64,000 nucleotides of DNA from Pontimonas sp. (GCA_044341675.1 JBIIRH010000001.1:15870-79869), one strand, 5' to 3'. Shown: positions 20,093 to 30,585, numbered from the stretch's first letter. Numbers and translations are program-made. Notes: generated by a model from the sequence alone, not told the origin.

Positions 20093-21160
20093 GTGAGTCA
20101 GATGAATCCCCCTACTCCTGGGACTAGCACGCCGGCGAGCCTCTGTGACCGGCACCCGGAGCTCTCCGTTGAGGACATGTTGCGCCACTTTGTGCCACCG
20201 GCACAGTTCGAGACAGCAAGTCTTGATAACTACACTCCGGATCCCCAATACCCCTCTCAGATGCAGGCGCTCGAGAGCGCAAGAGCGTTTGTCGCCGCGT
20301 CCGCGCCCGCCCGGGCTTCGGGGTGGAAATTTGGTGGGGCGAAAGCTTCGCCAGCACCAGTAAAGCCCGGTATCTACCTTGATGGGGGCTTTGGGGTGGG
20401 GAAAACCCACCTGCTTGCTGCCATGTGGCACCTCATTCCTGGCCGCAGCTACTACGGCACATTCATTGAATACACGGCACTGGTCGGAGCACTGGGGTAC
20501 CGAGGCGCAGTGGATCACCTCAAGGGCGCATCTTTTCTTGCCATTGACGAGTTTGAATTGGATGACCCGGGCGACACCATGGTGATGTCGCGGTTACTGG
20601 GCGAGCTTGTCGCTTCGGGAACTCGGCTGGCTGCGACGTCCAACACCCCACCCGCAGCACTTGGCGAGGGTCGCTTCGCTGCTGAAGATTTCCTCCGGGA
20701 GATTACCGCCCTGGCCGATAAGTTTCTGACGGTTCGTATTGACGGCGAAGACTATCGCAGGCGGGATTTCGAAGGTCATGCCGTCGTTGTTGCGCCGGGA
20801 AAAGTTCAGTCGACCCTTGCAGCTTTGGGGGATTCGGTCACACTAGACGAGTTTGGCGACGTCATTGCCCACCTCGCCACCATCCACCCCAGTCGTTACG
20901 TCGGCCTTGTGGAGGGGCTCCAGGGTGTGGCGTGGACCGGGGTTCACCAGTTACACAGTCAGGCAGAAGCACTGCGGTTGGTGGCCTTAGTTGACCGCCT
21001 GTATGACGCGCGCGTTGCGATTGTTCCTAGTGGAGTCCCGCTTGACGAAGTCTTTGACGAGACCATGCTCTCTGGCGGGTACCGCAAGAAGTATCTTCGC
21101 GCCGTATCGCGCATGATCGCTCTCACGCGACTTGCCGCAAATCCCCGGGAGACGCTCTAG
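20093..21160 (+). CDS. zapE: Cell division ATPase ZapE (AFG1 family)
   Basis: GGFGVGKTHL Walker A, IDEFE Walker B, ATSN, DGEDYR, LVDRLYD. Confidence 0.88.
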   Translation: MSQMNPPTPGTSTPASLCDRHPELSVEDMLRHFVPPAQFETASLDNYTPDPQYPSQMQALESARAFVAASAPARASGWKFGGAKASPAPVKPGIYLDGGFGVGKTHLLAAMWHLIPGRSYYGTFIEYTALVGALGYRGAVDHLKGASFLAIDEFELDDPGDTMVMSRLLGELVASGTRLAATSNTPPAALGEGRFAAEDFLREITALADKFLTVRIDGEDYRRRDFEGHAVVVAPGKVQSTLAALGDSVTLDEFGDVIAHLATIHPSRYVGLVEGLQGVAWTGVHQLHSQAEALRLVALVDRLYDARVAIVPSGVPLDEVFDETMLSGGYRKKYLRAVSRMIALTRLAANPRETL

Positions 21161-21209
21161 GTGCTCCTCTAAACTGAGGGCGTCCGAGACCACCCCTAGG
21201 AGCGTGCGC

Positions 21210-22559
21210 GTGGCGAGCAACGAATCACCAGTCCAGGCCACTCCGGGCCGGGGCGAGTATCTCGAGTCGTTGTGGATTGAGAAGATTTTGCGCCGCGAGA
21301 CCATCGGTGGTCTCATCATTGTGGGCGCAGCGTTCCTTGCGGTCATCCTGGCGAATTCGCCTCTCGCCGATGCTTACTTTGGGCTTCGCAGCACGTACCT
21401 GAGCATTGGGTTTGGCGATGCGGCGATGAAGATCAGCGTTGGTCACTTCACTGCAGATGGCTTGCTCGCCATCTTCTTCTTTCTCGTGGGCCTTGAGCTC
21501 AAGCGCGAGTTCATCTCCGGCGAGCTGAGGGACCCCAGGAAGGCTATTGTGCCAGTGATTGCCGCTGTGGGCGGGGTAATCGTTCCCGCGGTCATCTACG
21601 TGAGCATTACCCAGGCCATGGGTGTCCCGGAGGCGGCGCGAGGTTGGGCAATCCCCATTGCCACCGACATCGCCTTCGCCCTTGCGGTGTTGGCACTGGT
21701 GGGAACGTGGTTGCCGCTTGCGTTGAGGACATTCCTTCTGACGCTTGCCGTCGTGGACGACCTCATTGGAATTACGGTGATCGCCATCTTCTATGCCGAT
21801 GACCTTCATATAGGGAACCTTGCCTTGTCCCTCGCCGTCGTTGTGGTGTACGGGTTTCTCGTTCAGCGCTATCAGAATTTCTTCGCGGAACGCTTTGGTG
21901 CCGCGTGGTTGATTCTCTTGCCGATGGGAATCGTGGCCTGGTTCTTCATGTACGGCTCCGGTGTGCACGCCACGATTGCGGGCGTGCTGTTGGCGTTTAC
22001 GGTTCCAGTTCTGCGCCCCCGCGCCGAGCGTAAAGTGGAACCGAGCGACCCGGCCGATGGCCTTGCCGGGATCTTCGAGCACAGGTTCCGGCCTTTCTCC
22101 GCTGGAGTTGCGGTGCCGCTGTTTGCCTTCTTTGCAGCCGGTGTGAGCCTGGGATCAGGGTCACAGTTTGTGGAGTTGCTGTTCTCCCCGGTCTCGGTGG
22201 GAATCATCGTGGCGCTGGTGGTCGGCAAGACCGTTGGGGTCGTCGTTGCGACATGGCTGATTACACGGCTTCCCGGCCTTTCTCTGCCCCGCGGCATGGC
22301 CTGGATTGACCTGGTCGGAATCGCCCTGCTCGCAGGGATTGGTTTCACCGTGTCGCTGCTGATTGGCGAGCTCAGCTTTGGCCTGGGCACCGTCTTTGGA
22401 GACGAAGCCAAACTGGGAATTCTTGTCGGTTCTGTGATTGCGGCCCTCCTGGCTGCAGTCATACTTGGTGGCCGCAATCGCTATTACCGCAGCGCGGCTG
22501 AGGACGACGCGCGTGACGACAATAATGACGGCATCCCGGACGTTTTTCAGAAGGCCTAG
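21210..22559 (+). CDS. nhaA: Na+/H+ antiporter NhaA
   Basis: GLELKRE, GWAIPIATDIAFAL, LAVVDDL, GVHATIAGV, GIGFTVSLLI. Confidence 0.95.
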   Translation: MASNESPVQATPGRGEYLESLWIEKILRRETIGGLIIVGAAFLAVILANSPLADAYFGLRSTYLSIGFGDAAMKISVGHFTADGLLAIFFFLVGLELKREFISGELRDPRKAIVPVIAAVGGVIVPAVIYVSITQAMGVPEAARGWAIPIATDIAFALAVLALVGTWLPLALRTFLLTLAVVDDLIGITVIAIFYADDLHIGNLALSLAVVVVYGFLVQRYQNFFAERFGAAWLILLPMGIVAWFFMYGSGVHATIAGVLLAFTVPVLRPRAERKVEPSDPADGLAGIFEHRFRPFSAGVAVPLFAFFAAGVSLGSGSQFVELLFSPVSVGIIVALVVGKTVGVVVATWLITRLPGLSLPRGMAWIDLVGIALLAGIGFTVSLLIGELSFGLGTVFGDEAKLGILVGSVIAALLAAVILGGRNRYYRSAAEDDARDDNNDGIPDVFQKA

Positions 22560-22606
22560 GAAACACACTCTTAACACGGCGCGCTAGCCCGAAATAGTTT
22601 CGAAAC
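22560..22606. promoter_or_regulatory. Candidate GlnR boxes upstream of amtB
   Basis: GAAAC-N6-TTAAC (22560-22575) and GAAAT-N6-GAAAC (22591-22606) resemble the GTNAC-N6-GAAAC GlnR repeat. Confidence 0.6.
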
Positions 22607-22704
22607 ACGCGCGGTCCTGGCGAGAAACCTCTCCCCGCAACACTGGGGCTACAGCACGGTGAATCACCGTGGGTCCATGTCGGTGTTACCAAGGGAGAGA
22701 ACTA

Positions 22705-23925
22705 ATGGATACAGGCCAGTTAGCCTGGGGAATCACGGCCACCGCACTGGTGCTGCTGATGACCCCTGGCGTTGCTTTCTTTTATGGCGGTCTAGTCAAG
22801 GCCAAGAGCGTCGTCAGCATGATGATGATGAGTTTCGGTGCTCTCGCGCTGGTCGGGGTGCTCTGGATTCTCTACGGCTGGAGCATGTCGAGTGTGGGTA
22901 GCGCTGCCCAATTCGCCGGCAATCCGCTCAGTGGATTCGGTCTTGCCGGGCTTGATAACGAAGGGCTTCTTGGCGCAGCCTTCGGCGCAACGTTTGCGAT
23001 CATTACGGTCGCTCTGATTTCCGGTGCCATCGCGGACCGCGCAAAGTTCGGTTCCTGGATGGTCTTTGTTGGTATCTGGTCCACCCTGGTCTACTTTCCT
23101 GTGGCCGCGTGGGTTTGGGGTGGCGGCTGGATTCTGAATCTGGGGGACCTCCTCGGTGGGCTTCCGAGCGTTATTGACTATGCCGGTGGAACTGCCGTGC
23201 ACATTAACGCGGGTGCGGCCGCTCTAGCCCTCTCCATCGTCTTAGGGCGTCGCGTCGTGTTCCAGAAGGGCGCTCACAAGCCACACAACGTTCCTCTGGT
23301 GTTGCTCGGTGCCGCGTTGCTCTGGTTTGGGTGGTTCGGTTTCAATGCCGGCGCTGAGTTCCTCGCAGAGGGCATGCCAGGTGTTGGACTGATTGTCGTC
23401 AACACCCTCGGTGCCACGGCAGCTGCAATCCTCGGCTGGATGGTCATTGAGAAGCTGAAGGACGGCAAAGCCACTGCTGTTGGCGCTGCATCTGGCGCTG
23501 TGACTGGTTTGGTCGCCATCACTCCAGCGTGTGCGAACCTGACTCCTGGTTTTGCTCTTCTCCTCGGTGTCGTTGCTGGCATTCTCTCGGCGCTCTCGGT
23601 CGACTTGAAGTTCAAGTTTGGCTACGACGACTCGCTGGATGTTGTCGGCATCCACTTGGTTGCCGGCCTTGTGGGAACCCTCTATCTAGGGTTCTTCGCG
23701 ATCGACACCGGCCTGTTCACCGGTGGCGACTTCGGTCAACTCGCAGTGCAAGCCATCGCAGCCTTTGCGGTGCTGGCCTACTCGTTCGTGGTTGCTCTGA
23801 TCTTGGGCTTCGCAATTGAAAAGACCATGGGCTTCCGTGTCACCAGTGAAGATGAGGTCGCAGGAATCGACACCATCGTCCACGGCGAAGAGGGATATCA
23901 GCTCGAAGCGGATGAGCGCGCCTAA
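22705..23925 (+). CDS. amtB: Ammonium transporter
   Basis: MTPGVAFFYGG, DYAGGTAVH, LWFGWFGFN, GLVAITPA, DDSLDVVGIH. Confidence 0.96.
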   Translation: MDTGQLAWGITATALVLLMTPGVAFFYGGLVKAKSVVSMMMMSFGALALVGVLWILYGWSMSSVGSAAQFAGNPLSGFGLAGLDNEGLLGAAFGATFAIITVALISGAIADRAKFGSWMVFVGIWSTLVYFPVAAWVWGGGWILNLGDLLGGLPSVIDYAGGTAVHINAGAAALALSIVLGRRVVFQKGAHKPHNVPLVLLGAALLWFGWFGFNAGAEFLAEGMPGVGLIVVNTLGATAAAILGWMVIEKLKDGKATAVGAASGAVTGLVAITPACANLTPGFALLLGVVAGILSALSVDLKFKFGYDDSLDVVGIHLVAGLVGTLYLGFFAIDTGLFTGGDFGQLAVQAIAAFAVLAYSFVVALILGFAIEKTMGFRVTSEDEVAGIDTIVHGEEGYQLEADERA

Positions 23926-23936
23926 TTAGCTAGCAC

Positions 23937-23966
23937 TGTGGGGCCAGCCATCGGGCCGGCCCCACA
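23937..23966 (+). terminator. Stem-loop after amtB (probable terminator)
   Basis: TGTGGGGCC/GGCCCCACA perfect 9-bp stem 11 nt after the stop; weak T tract. Confidence 0.55.
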
Positions 23967-24052
23967 TCGCTTTCCTGGGGCTCAAGAGTGTCTGGCCTCT
24001 GGCAGCAGCATGGTGCGCGCCGGCAGGCCAGACCCAGGCGTAGTATTGCCCG

Positions 24053-24691
24053 GTGCCAGAAACCACCGCGTTGCTCTCGTTTATGGTTCTGGCGCTCGTG
24101 GTCATCGTTGTTCCGGGCCCCAGTGTTGTCTTTGTGATTGGTCGCGCCATGATTCTTGGCACCCGTGGCGCCGCAATTAGCGTCCTGGGAAACGGGATCG
24201 GCGTGGGGATTCAAATCCTCGCGGTCGCGCTTGGCGTCGGCGCCGTGGTGTCTCAGTCCGAGGTGCTCTTTGGTGTGGTGAAGGTCGTCGGGGCGGCGTT
24301 TCTCATCTACCTAGGCATCGAAGGAATTCGCCATCGGAGGGTATTTGCCAAGGCCCAGGAGGATGAGCCCTCAGTCTCTACCAGCCGGCTTCTACTGGAT
24401 AGTTCCGTGGTGGGCATCACGAACGCGAAGACACTGGTGTTCTTCATTGCCTCTTTCCCATTGTTCGTGGACCCAGCCAGGGGATCGGTCATAGTCCAAA
24501 TGCTCGTTCTTGGCGGGTTCTTCTGGGTGGTCGGTATTGCTAGTGACTTAGTGTGGGCGGTTGCTGCCGGGAGCGCCAGGGCATGGCTGTCACGCTCTGC
24601 CACCAGGTTGGAGTGGGTGCGCGCATGTGGCGGTCTTGCCTTGATAGGTCTTGGTGCTTATCTCGGGCTTTACAGCCTCGACCTACTCTGA
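24053..24691 (+). CDS. LysE/RhtB family amino-acid exporter
   Basis: VPGPSVVFVI, GAAFLIYLG, TNAKTLVFF; about six TM segments. Confidence 0.9.
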   Translation: MPETTALLSFMVLALVVIVVPGPSVVFVIGRAMILGTRGAAISVLGNGIGVGIQILAVALGVGAVVSQSEVLFGVVKVVGAAFLIYLGIEGIRHRRVFAKAQEDEPSVSTSRLLLDSSVVGITNAKTLVFFIASFPLFVDPARGSVIVQMLVLGGFFWVVGIASDLVWAVAAGSARAWLSRSATRLEWVRACGGLALIGLGAYLGLYSLDLL

Positions 24692-25753
24692 CGAGGGCAG
24701 CGGCACCTGCGCCCAACTGTGGAAAGACACCGTGCAGTAGTCGGGAATGAGCTGCTCGGGTGAGAGGCCCGTTTCTCTCAGGTCGCGCATAAACCGTGCC
24801 AGGTGAGGCGAGAAGAGATTCCCAAAAGATCCATACGCGACGCGTTCCGGGTAGTGGTGAGCGAGGAAGCACCCGTAGGCCTCGTAGTCGCCGAGGTCTC
24901 GGCCGATGGGATCGGTTGATGACTTCCACCATTCCAAAAGCGACTCGGAGCCCTGAGGAAACATCCTCCGCATAACTTCTGGCTGCATAAGTTGATGGTG
25001 AGTGATGAAGCTGAGTCGGTACTTTTTCGGAACGCCGAAATACATCAGGACGTGGCGCATAAAGTCGGCGTGATACTCGTTAGCAATCTGGAGAAGCTGG
25101 CGCTTGTCCCGTCGAATCCAGGTCTTGGGGGAGAGCATCACGGTGTCTGCGTCGAGAATCAGCGCCCCTACCTCGGTCGATTGGTGCGCAGCAGAGAGTT
25201 TGATCAGTTGCTGCATGACCCATCCTGCATTGCGATCACCCTTGCCGAAACGGGCGTTGAGCTCATTTAGCAGAGCAGTGCCGAGGATGTCTTGGTCGAA
25301 GAGAACCCTCACGTCCGGGTTGTTCGTGAGAATCATTTCCAACCCTTTTGGTGACTCCGGCGAGGAAAACCTCGGCCCCAGCCCATCGGCACCTCGTGGA
25401 GTAATCAGCGTGACTGTGGCGAGAGGGTTTCTGATGTTGCGTTTTGCGGCAGCAAGAACGATGGGGAGCGCCGCCAGATCTTTTTCTACAAAGGGAATGA
25501 CCAGCTCAATCGGGGGAAGCCGGCGCGCCCTGCGCAGGGGGTCAATGGGCTGGCACAGTGAAATCAGTGCACGAACTGGGAGTGGAAGGTGCTTCTTCCG
25601 GAAACGTTGGGAAACCAGCTCGACGAGGCGCGCTGAGGCTCCAAGAAGGCCACTGTTACCCAGACGCAGAAGGTTTCGCAGCCCGTGGAGAAACGTGTCG
25701 CGCAGGGAGCCCCGAACGTGGGCCGAGTAGTTCCTTGTCTGACGCTGGGGCAT
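24683..25753 (-). CDS. Hypothetical glycosyltransferase-like protein (GT-A fold; DUF6492-like)
   Basis: IELVIPFVEKD, GWVMQQLIKL, ILDADT (DxD), SFITHHQLM, DYEAYG; start uncertain (25753 or 25807). Confidence 0.6.
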   Translation of the reverse strand: MPQRQTRNYSAHVRGSLRDTFLHGLRNLLRLGNSGLLGASARLVELVSQRFRKKHLPLPVRALISLCQPIDPLRRARRLPPIELVIPFVEKDLAALPIVLAAAKRNIRNPLATVTLITPRGADGLGPRFSSPESPKGLEMILTNNPDVRVLFDQDILGTALLNELNARFGKGDRNAGWVMQQLIKLSAAHQSTEVGALILDADTVMLSPKTWIRRDKRQLLQIANEYHADFMRHVLMYFGVPKKYRLSFITHHQLMQPEVMRRMFPQGSESLLEWWKSSTDPIGRDLGDYEAYGCFLAHHYPERVAYGSFGNLFSPHLARFMRDLRETGLSPEQLIPDYCTVSFHSWAQVPLPSSE

Positions 25754-25867
25754 GAAGCCGAATCTCTCTGTGAAGCTTCGCTGATGGGGGAAGCGAGTGT
25801 CCCACATTAGGTTAGACGACTGGCCTCGAACATGGCGGATCTCTAGTCAGCCGAGGCCTGCATACTC

Positions 25868-25942
25868 TGGTGGGCGATACTGGGTTCGAACCAGTGACCT
25901 CTTCCGTGTCAGGGAAGCGCGCTACCACTGCGCCAATCGCCC
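25868..25942 (-). tRNA. tRNA-Val(GAC), CCA encoded
   Basis: GGGCGATTGGCGCAGTGGTAGCGCGCTTCCCTGACACGGAAGAGGTCACTGGTTCGAACCCAGTATCGCCCACCA folds into a cloverleaf. Confidence 0.97.
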
Positions 25943-25963
25943 ATTTCTCTTAGTTATCAACCG

Positions 25964-26034
25964 AGGTGGCGACGGGATTCGAACCCGTGTAAACGGCTTT
26001 GCAGGCCGCTGCCTCGCCTCTCGGCCACACCACC
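25964..26034 (-). tRNA. tRNA-Cys(GCA)
   Basis: GGTGGTGTGGCCGAGAGG...GCGGCCTGCAAAGCCGT...GGTTCGAATCC...GCCACCT. Confidence 0.96.
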
Positions 26035-26068
26035 ACCGTCTGTGAGGCCCCACCTCAGGGCTTCACCG

Positions 26069-26140
26069 AGCGGATGACGAGATTCGAACTCGCGACCCTC
26101 ACCTTGGCAAGGTGATGCGCTACCACTGCGCCACATCCGC
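26069..26140 (-). tRNA. tRNA-Gly(GCC)
   Basis: GCGGATGTGGCGCAGTGGTAGCGCATCACCTTGCCAAGGTGAGGGTCGCGAGTTCGAATCTCGTCATCCGCT. Confidence 0.97.
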
Positions 26141-26272
26141 ACTCACACGTCTTCGCGTGAACCTTGACTCTAGCCGATGTCATCGAGGAGACACAAATGT
26201 TTGGACCGTGTCGCAGAAGACCGCCATTTCTGGTTGAGCGTGCCGATGCCATGTGTGGCAAGATTGCGGTGC

Positions 26273-26344
26273 GGGCGATTGGCGCAGGGGTAGCGCGCTT
26301 CCTTCACACGGAAGAGGTCACTGGTTCGATCCCAGTATCGCCCA
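26273..26344 (+). tRNA. tRNA-Val(CAC)
   Basis: GGGCGATTGGCGCAGGGGTAGCGCGCTTCCTTCACACGGAAGAGGTCACTGGTTCGATCCCAGTATCGCCCA. Confidence 0.96.
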
Positions 26345-26415
26345 CAACAAGCCATTGGCCACTGGCCCCACTAAGGTGGTGAGCAGAGTTTCCGCCTTCA
26401 GAAAGCGCTATTGAC

Positions 26416-28413
26416 GTGAGTTCATCTTCCTCAGAGTCCGCCACAACCGTGGCCAATGACACCTCCGGGGACCAACTCTTTCCGGATGCCTCGGTTGTGG
26501 CGATTGTTGTGAATGGGCACCTCACTGATCTCTACTCACCGGTGCGCTCGGGTGATGTTGTAACGCCTGTTCACCTCGACTCGCCACAGGGGCTCGAGAT
26601 TCTCCGCCACTCGACAGCCCACGTCTTGGCTCAAGCTGTTCAGAAGGTCAATCCGGATGCGAAATTGGGCATCGGGCCGCCGATAACGGATGGCTTCTAC
26701 TACGACTTCGATGTGGCAGAGCCGTTCTCGTCTGAGGATCTAGCGGCGCTCGAGAAGCAGATGAACTCCATCATCAAGAGCGGGCAACGTTTTGTAAGGC
26801 GAGTTGTCAGTTCCGAAGAAGCTCGTACAGAGCTTGCTGGTGAGCCTTACAAGCTCGAACTTGTTGAGCTCAAAGGCAGCGCCGGTGTGGATGCAGCGGC
26901 CGAAGGCGTTGAAGTAGGCGAGGGCGAACTCACCGTCTATGACAACATCGACACTCGCTCAGGGGAGCGTGTCTGGGGCGACCTCTGCCGAGGCCCGCAT
27001 TTGCCGAACACCCGCCTGATTGGCAAGGGTTGGAAGCTCACCCGGGTCGCAGCAGCGTATTGGCGAGGCAGCGAGAAGAACCCGCAACTTCAGCGCATTT
27101 ATGGCACCGCGTGGGCCACGGAGGAAGACCTGGCCGACTACGTAACCCGTCTGGAGGAGGCAGCGAGGCGAGATCACCGGAAGCTCGGTGTTGAGCTTGA
27201 CCTGTTCTCGTTCCCCGATGAAATCGGGTCGGGGCTTGCCGTCTTCCATCCCAAAGGCGGCGTTATTCGCCGCGTAATGGAGGACTATTCGCGTCAGCAG
27301 CACGAACAGGCCGGCTATGAATTTGTCTATAGCCCGCACATCACCAAGGGCGAGCTTTTTGAGACCTCGGGTCACCTTTCTTGGTACAAGGAGGGGATGT
27401 TCCCTCCAATCCAGATGGATGAGCAGCGCGATTCCACGGGAGCCATCACCAAGCAGGGCGTCGACTATTACCTGAAGCCGATGAACTGCCCCTTCCACAT
27501 TCTGATTTTCCGCTCGCGACAGCGCTCCTACCGGGAACTTCCGCTCCGACTATTTGAATTTGGCACCGTCTATCGCTACGAGAAGAGTGGTGTCGTTCAC
27601 GGGCTCACCCGCGTTCGGGGCCTCACCATGGACGATGCCCATATCTTTGTGACCCCCGACGACCTCGAATCGGAGTTGACGAGCCTTCTGGACTTTGTGC
27701 TTCGGCTGCTGGGTGATTTTGGCCTCACTGACTTCTATCTGGAGCTCTCGACCCGGGATGAAAGTAGCGACAAGTTTGTGGGCTCCGATGAGCTATGGGA
27801 GCGGGCGACTAGCACCCTGGAATCAGTGGCTACTCGCTCGGGCCTCACCCTTGTTCCAGACCCCGGTGGAGCAGCGTTCTATGGCCCAAAGATTTCAGTC
27901 CAGGCCAAGGACGCCATCGGACGTAGTTGGCAGATGTCCACCATTCAGCTCGATTTCACCCTTCCCGAGCGTTTCGATCTGGAGTATCAAGCCGCAGATG
28001 GCACCAGGCAGACGCCCATCATGATTCACCGTGCTCTCTTTGGTTCGATCGAGAGATTCTTCGGGGTCCTGACTGAGCACTATGCCGGAGCGTTCCCCGC
28101 CTGGTTGTCTCCCGTTCAGGTGGTGGGAATTCCTGTGGCCGAGGAGTATGCCGCCTACATGGGCGAGATCATTGACCAGTTGTCAAAGCGCGGTGTCAGG
28201 GCACAGCTCGATGCCTCTGATGACCGGATGCCCAAAAAAATCCGCACCCACACGATGGACAAGGTGCCCTTCCTGCTGATAGCTGGCGAAGACGACAGAG
28301 CCAGTGGCGCGGTGAGCTTCCGGTATCGAGATGGTTCCCAGAAGAACGGCGTCGCCATTCAGGACGCCATCGACGAGATTGCGGCAGCCATCGAAACCAG
28401 GGCGTATGCCTAG
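26416..28413 (+). CDS. thrS: Threonine--tRNA ligase
   Basis: [49 protein letters not shown]. Confidence 0.97.
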   Translation: MSSSSSESATTVANDTSGDQLFPDASVVAIVVNGHLTDLYSPVRSGDVVTPVHLDSPQGLEILRHSTAHVLAQAVQKVNPDAKLGIGPPITDGFYYDFDVAEPFSSEDLAALEKQMNSIIKSGQRFVRRVVSSEEARTELAGEPYKLELVELKGSAGVDAAAEGVEVGEGELTVYDNIDTRSGERVWGDLCRGPHLPNTRLIGKGWKLTRVAAAYWRGSEKNPQLQRIYGTAWATEEDLADYVTRLEEAARRDHRKLGVELDLFSFPDEIGSGLAVFHPKGGVIRRVMEDYSRQQHEQAGYEFVYSPHITKGELFETSGHLSWYKEGMFPPIQMDEQRDSTGAITKQGVDYYLKPMNCPFHILIFRSRQRSYRELPLRLFEFGTVYRYEKSGVVHGLTRVRGLTMDDAHIFVTPDDLESELTSLLDFVLRLLGDFGLTDFYLELSTRDESSDKFVGSDELWERATSTLESVATRSGLTLVPDPGGAAFYGPKISVQAKDAIGRSWQMSTIQLDFTLPERFDLEYQAADGTRQTPIMIHRALFGSIERFFGVLTEHYAGAFPAWLSPVQVVGIPVAEEYAAYMGEIIDQLSKRGVRAQLDASDDRMPKKIRTHTMDKVPFLLIAGEDDRASGAVSFRYRDGSQKNGVAIQDAIDEIAAAIETRAYA

Positions 28414-28972
28414 TTCGCCTGAGGACGACTTTTCCACTCTTGACGCAGCATCCCTGCCAGGCGTGCCGGATGCTTTCCAGCGTCTGTGGACCCCCCACCG
28501 CATCGCCTATATCCAAGGCGAAACCGCGCCTCTGGATGGCGGATGCGTTTTTTGTATAGCCCCGGACATGGACGAGGCGGAGTCCCTCGTAGTGGCCAGA
28601 GGGAAGCACGTGTATGCGGTGTTGAATCTTTACCCCTATAACGCTGGCCACCTCCTGATCTGCCCTTTTCGCCACGTTGCGAATTATGACGAGATCACAC
28701 CGGACGAGATTGCCGAGATGGGGGAGTTCGTTCAGATTGCGATGAAGACCCTTCGCGCGGTCTCTGGTGCGCACGGATTTAATCTTGGTGTGAACCAGGG
28801 AAGTGTTGCTGGTGCTGGGATCGAAGCCCACCTGCACCAACACGTCGTGCCACGCTGGTCACAGGATTCCAACTTCTTCCCGATTGTCGCGAGGACAAAA
28901 GCGATGCCCCAGTTACTGGGCGACATGCGTACAATTCTGAGGGACAGTTGGCCCACAGGTTTGACCGGCTAG
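28406..28972 (+). CDS. HIT family protein (Ap4A phosphorylase-like)
   Basis: [30 protein letters not shown]; follows thrS as in other Actinobacteria. Confidence 0.9.
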   Translation: MPSSPEDDFSTLDAASLPGVPDAFQRLWTPHRIAYIQGETAPLDGGCVFCIAPDMDEAESLVVARGKHVYAVLNLYPYNAGHLLICPFRHVANYDEITPDEIAEMGEFVQIAMKTLRAVSGAHGFNLGVNQGSVAGAGIEAHLHQHVVPRWSQDSNFFPIVARTKAMPQLLGDMRTILRDSWPTGLTG

Positions 28973-29036
28973 ACTTTCGCTCTAGTTTTCATCACCCCCA
29001 CTGTGCGCAGCACTACGAGAGGAACCTCAGTAGCTC

Positions 29037-29939
29037 ATGGCTGAAAAATCGAACTCCGCAGTTTCAGGAACGGCTCGCGTTAAGCGCGGTCTTGCTGAGA
29101 TGTTGAAGGGTGGCGTCATCATGGACGTCGTAACCCCTGAGCAGGCTCGCATTGCCGAGGACGCCGGAGCGGTCGCGGTTATGGCCCTCGAGCGTGTCCC
29201 CGCCGACATCCGCGCCGAGGGTGGTGTCGCTCGCATGAGTGACCCCGACCTCATCCAGGGAATCATCGACACTGTCTCTATCCCGGTGATGGCGAAGGCT
29301 CGCATTGGGCACTTCGTCGAGGCTCAGGTTCTCGAGGCCCTCAAGGTTGACTACATCGACGAGTCCGAAGTCTTGAGCCCCGCCGACTACGTGAACCACA
29401 TCGACAAGTGGCGCTACACCGTGCCGTTTGTCTGTGGCGCAACCAACCTGGGCGAAGCGCTCCGACGCATCACGGAGGGTGCCGCAATGATCCGCTCGAA
29501 GGGTGAAGCCGGTACCGGGGACGTGTCTGAGGCGACCAAGCACATTCGCACCATTAGGGGCGAAATCGCTCGCTTGAGCGCCATGTCACCCGACGAGATT
29601 TATGTTGCCGCAAAAGAGCTTCAGGCCCCTTACGACTTAGTTCTCGAGGTGGCAACGACCGGCAAGCTTCCCGTCGTCCTCTTCACTGCTGGAGGCATTG
29701 CAACGCCTGCCGACGCCGCAATGATGATGCAGTTGGGTGCTGATGGTGTGTTTGTCGGCTCTGGCATCTTCAAGGCTGGAAACCCCTCGGAGCGCGCCGC
29801 CGCAATCGTGAAGGCAACAGCTCAGTACACCGACGCTTCGATCATTGCTGAGGTGTCGCGTGGGCTTGGCGAGGCCATGGTCGGCATTAACGTCAGCGAT
29901 CTCCCAGCACCTCACCGTCTCGCTGAACGTGGCTGGTAG
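29037..29939 (+). CDS. pdxS: PLP synthase lyase subunit
   Basis: [47 protein letters not shown]. Confidence 0.97.
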   Translation: MAEKSNSAVSGTARVKRGLAEMLKGGVIMDVVTPEQARIAEDAGAVAVMALERVPADIRAEGGVARMSDPDLIQGIIDTVSIPVMAKARIGHFVEAQVLEALKVDYIDESEVLSPADYVNHIDKWRYTVPFVCGATNLGEALRRITEGAAMIRSKGEAGTGDVSEATKHIRTIRGEIARLSAMSPDEIYVAAKELQAPYDLVLEVATTGKLPVVLFTAGGIATPADAAMMMQLGADGVFVGSGIFKAGNPSERAAAIVKATAQYTDASIIAEVSRGLGEAMVGINVSDLPAPHRLAERGW

Positions 29940-30558
29940 TAACGCCCCACGAATCGGGGTTCTCGCACTTCAGGGCGACGTGCGCGAGCACAGTGTCGTC
30001 CTGCGCGAGCTTGGTTGCGAGGTTGTCGAAATCCGTGTCCCAGCTCAGGTGGAGGGCATCGACGGGTTAGTTATCCCCGGCGGAGAGTCCAGCGTGATGG
30101 ACAAGCTCGCTCGCATCTTTGGGTTGGCGGAACCCCTGCGAGAGGCCATCGCCGCGGGGCTTCCCGTACTGGGCACGTGTGCTGGCCTGATCATGGTCGC
30201 GAATCACATCGAGGACGCTATTGCGGGGCAAGAGAACTTCGGCGGTCTGGATGTGACGGTTCGCCGCAATGCGTTTGGTGCCCAAGTCGATTCTTTCGAG
30301 ACTTCCGTCACTGTTGAGGGTCTGTCCGGGCCCGCGCTCGAGGTGGCCTTTATTCGGGCGCCCGAGGTCACTGCGGTCGGACCTGGCGCACGAGTGATTG
30401 CCTCCCTTGGTGATGGCCGAGTGGTTGGGGTTGCTGGAGGCAACATCATCGGGGTGGCATTCCACCCCGAGATCACTGGTGAAGACCGAATTCACCGGAT
30501 GTTCCTTGAGGTAGTCGCGCAGAGGTCGCTCCAACGGCAAGCCGCCCTCGACGCCTAA
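29929..30558 (+). CDS. pdxT: PLP synthase glutaminase subunit
   Basis: [37 protein letters not shown]. Confidence 0.96.
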   Translation: MAGSNAPRIGVLALQGDVREHSVVLRELGCEVVEIRVPAQVEGIDGLVIPGGESSVMDKLARIFGLAEPLREAIAAGLPVLGTCAGLIMVANHIEDAIAGQENFGGLDVTVRRNAFGAQVDSFETSVTVEGLSGPALEVAFIRAPEVTAVGPGARVIASLGDGRVVGVAGGNIIGVAFHPEITGEDRIHRMFLEVVAQRSLQRQAALDA

Positions 30559-30585
30559 GATGGACAGGTAATCCGGGGGAGGGAT

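Noticed and set aside
25822-25858. GGCCTCG/CGAGGCC inverted repeat containing TCGAAC (possible LexA box or att site)
   Set aside because: Only half an SOS box and no duplicated tRNA 3' end; more likely a hairpin ending the tRNA transcript.
25868-26344. Two near-identical tRNA-Val genes as a roughly 72-bp inverted repeat around tRNA-Cys and tRNA-Gly (possible invertible segment)
   Set aside because: They have different anticodons (GAC, CAC), the divergent Val/Gly-Cys-Val cluster is normal in Actinobacteria, and no recombinase is nearby.
26345-26415. Possible T-box leader before thrS (also checked before alaS)
   Set aside because: The gap is too short and no T-box consensus (GGTGGNACCGCG) is present.
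29014-29034. Small hairpin over the pdxS RBS (possible PLP-responsive element)
   Set aside because: Only short interrupted stems, not distinguishable from chance.
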